From a virus (taxonomy: Duplodnaviria > Caudoviricetes), in the IMG/VR virus record IMGVR_UViG_3300032226_000829: a stretch of 64,000 nucleotides of DNA; one strand, written 5' to 3'. Positions 63,461-64,000 of the stretch are shown here, piece after piece (within the stretch, counting starts at the first letter, position 1; the number at the start of each line of letters is the position of its first letter). The translations under genes were made by a program, and so were the position numbers. Below the pieces are notes generated by a model. The model saw only the letters and a list, made by a program, of their open reading frames with translations, searched no databases and was not told where the DNA came from.

Positions 63461-64000
63461 TTGGAAAACTCCTCGTCAATAATGTGGTCCAGACTGCATT
63501 TGTTCATCACGTGCAGATTGATATGTTTGGCCAAAGTTTTTGTGTATCCTTGTGTGTTGTACAATGAAACAGTCCAGCAGTCCTGATCAAAATTGTCTGC
63601 TTTGTCTCTGTCAGTGATGTAATACAACGAATCTGGCAAGCATTGTGGCCAAGCACCTTTACAATATCCATTCAATATGTGTATGGCCATGCTGAAAGCA
63701 AAATCATTTCTAAAATTTGGTTCATGTATCTGCCATGTGAATCTGTAAAAGTCCCAATGATTTTTAATGTGTCCAATTAAATCAAACAACTGTTTGACTC
63801 TGGGAGTTTTTTTAAAATAAAACACTGTGGCCCAATACATCTCCATGCCTGTTTCACTGATGTATTTGATTTTCCATTCAGGTTGATTAAAATAATTGAT
63901 GTAAATGGATTTTTGATGTATTAAAAAATCTTCTTTGCTGTGAAAACATCGGAGTAAATTATCATTGCCCACTATATAATCAGTGTCCATCACAATAGTT
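63457..64000 (-). CDS. GT8-like glycosyltransferase, 5'-truncated by the window edge
   Basis: Frame is open to the edge (TIVMDTDY, DxD motif); WATV, FRNDFAFS, HVMNK; paralog-like to 62612. Confidence 0.7.
   Translation of the reverse strand, partial: TIVMDTDYIVGNDNLLRCFHSKEDFLIHQKSIYINYFNQPEWKIKYISETGMEMYWATVFYFKKTPRVKQLFDLIGHIKNHWDFYRFTWQIHEPNFRNDFAFSMAIHILNGYCKGAWPQCLPDSLYYITDRDKADNFDQDCWTVSLYNTQGYTKTLAKHINLHVMNKCSLDHIIDEEFSK

Noticed and set aside
63961-63993. Start codon at 63993
   Set aside because: The frame stays open to the window edge and this position is the DxD motif region, so the gene starts outside the window
1-64000. Bacterial chromosome (clpA, def, dnaJ, guaC, folE, queE present)
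   Set aside because: T4-type family B polymerase, RNase H, late promoter motif, fibre and lysis genes, small unknown ORFs and dense packing indicate a phage carrying auxiliary genes
1-64000. Stop-codon reassignment, tRNA genes, CRISPR array
   Set aside because: Known proteins are full length in the standard code; intergenic gaps are too short and show no cloverleaf or repeat-spacer pattern

Overview
This is a 64 kb segment of a large, AT-rich, T4-superfamily-like (probably jumbo) dsDNA phage with a Gram-negative host. It is not a bacterial chromosome. Genes are tightly packed in the standard genetic code, and I see no tRNA, rRNA, CRISPR array or mobile element. Layout: 1.2-2.6 kb lysis-like cassette (M15 peptidase plus a spanin-like pair); 2.9-6.5 kb proteostasis operon (DnaJ, peptide deformylase, ClpA); 6.5-13.2 kb late cluster of mostly small proteins, ten sharing an N-terminal MK-x-x-E-I-type motif resembling the T4 capsid-targeting sequence; 13.9-32 kb nucleotide metabolism and replication (GMP reductase, family B polymerase, exonuclease, clamp-like protein, RNase H) interleaved with a 7-deazaguanine DNA-modification set (DpdA/TGT-like, QueD, FolE, QueE) mixed with sugar-tailoring enzymes and a glycosyltransferase; 34-36.4 kb MoxR-type AAA plus peptidase-vWA pair; 38-39.4 kb fibre protein; 39.4-64 kb a 25 kb tailoring island (8 radical SAM enzymes, 7 2OG-Fe(II)-type oxygenases, aminotransferase, amidinotransferase, 2 pseudokinases, QueC-like ATPase, methyltransferase, 4 glycosyltransferases) organised around divergent late promoters. 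Reading the DNA also shows nine sigma70-type promoters (several hidden inside coding sequence), a TAANTA late-promoter motif often 4-6 nt before ATG (apparently leaderless late mRNAs), twin hairpins with matching 8-nt loops in the polymerase 5' UTR, and three small ORFs missed by the track. All functional calls come from motif recognition by eye; no database search was run. Best candidates for a new system: a glycosylated 7-deazaguanine DNA hypermodification, and a late-expressed virion or fibre decoration pathway.
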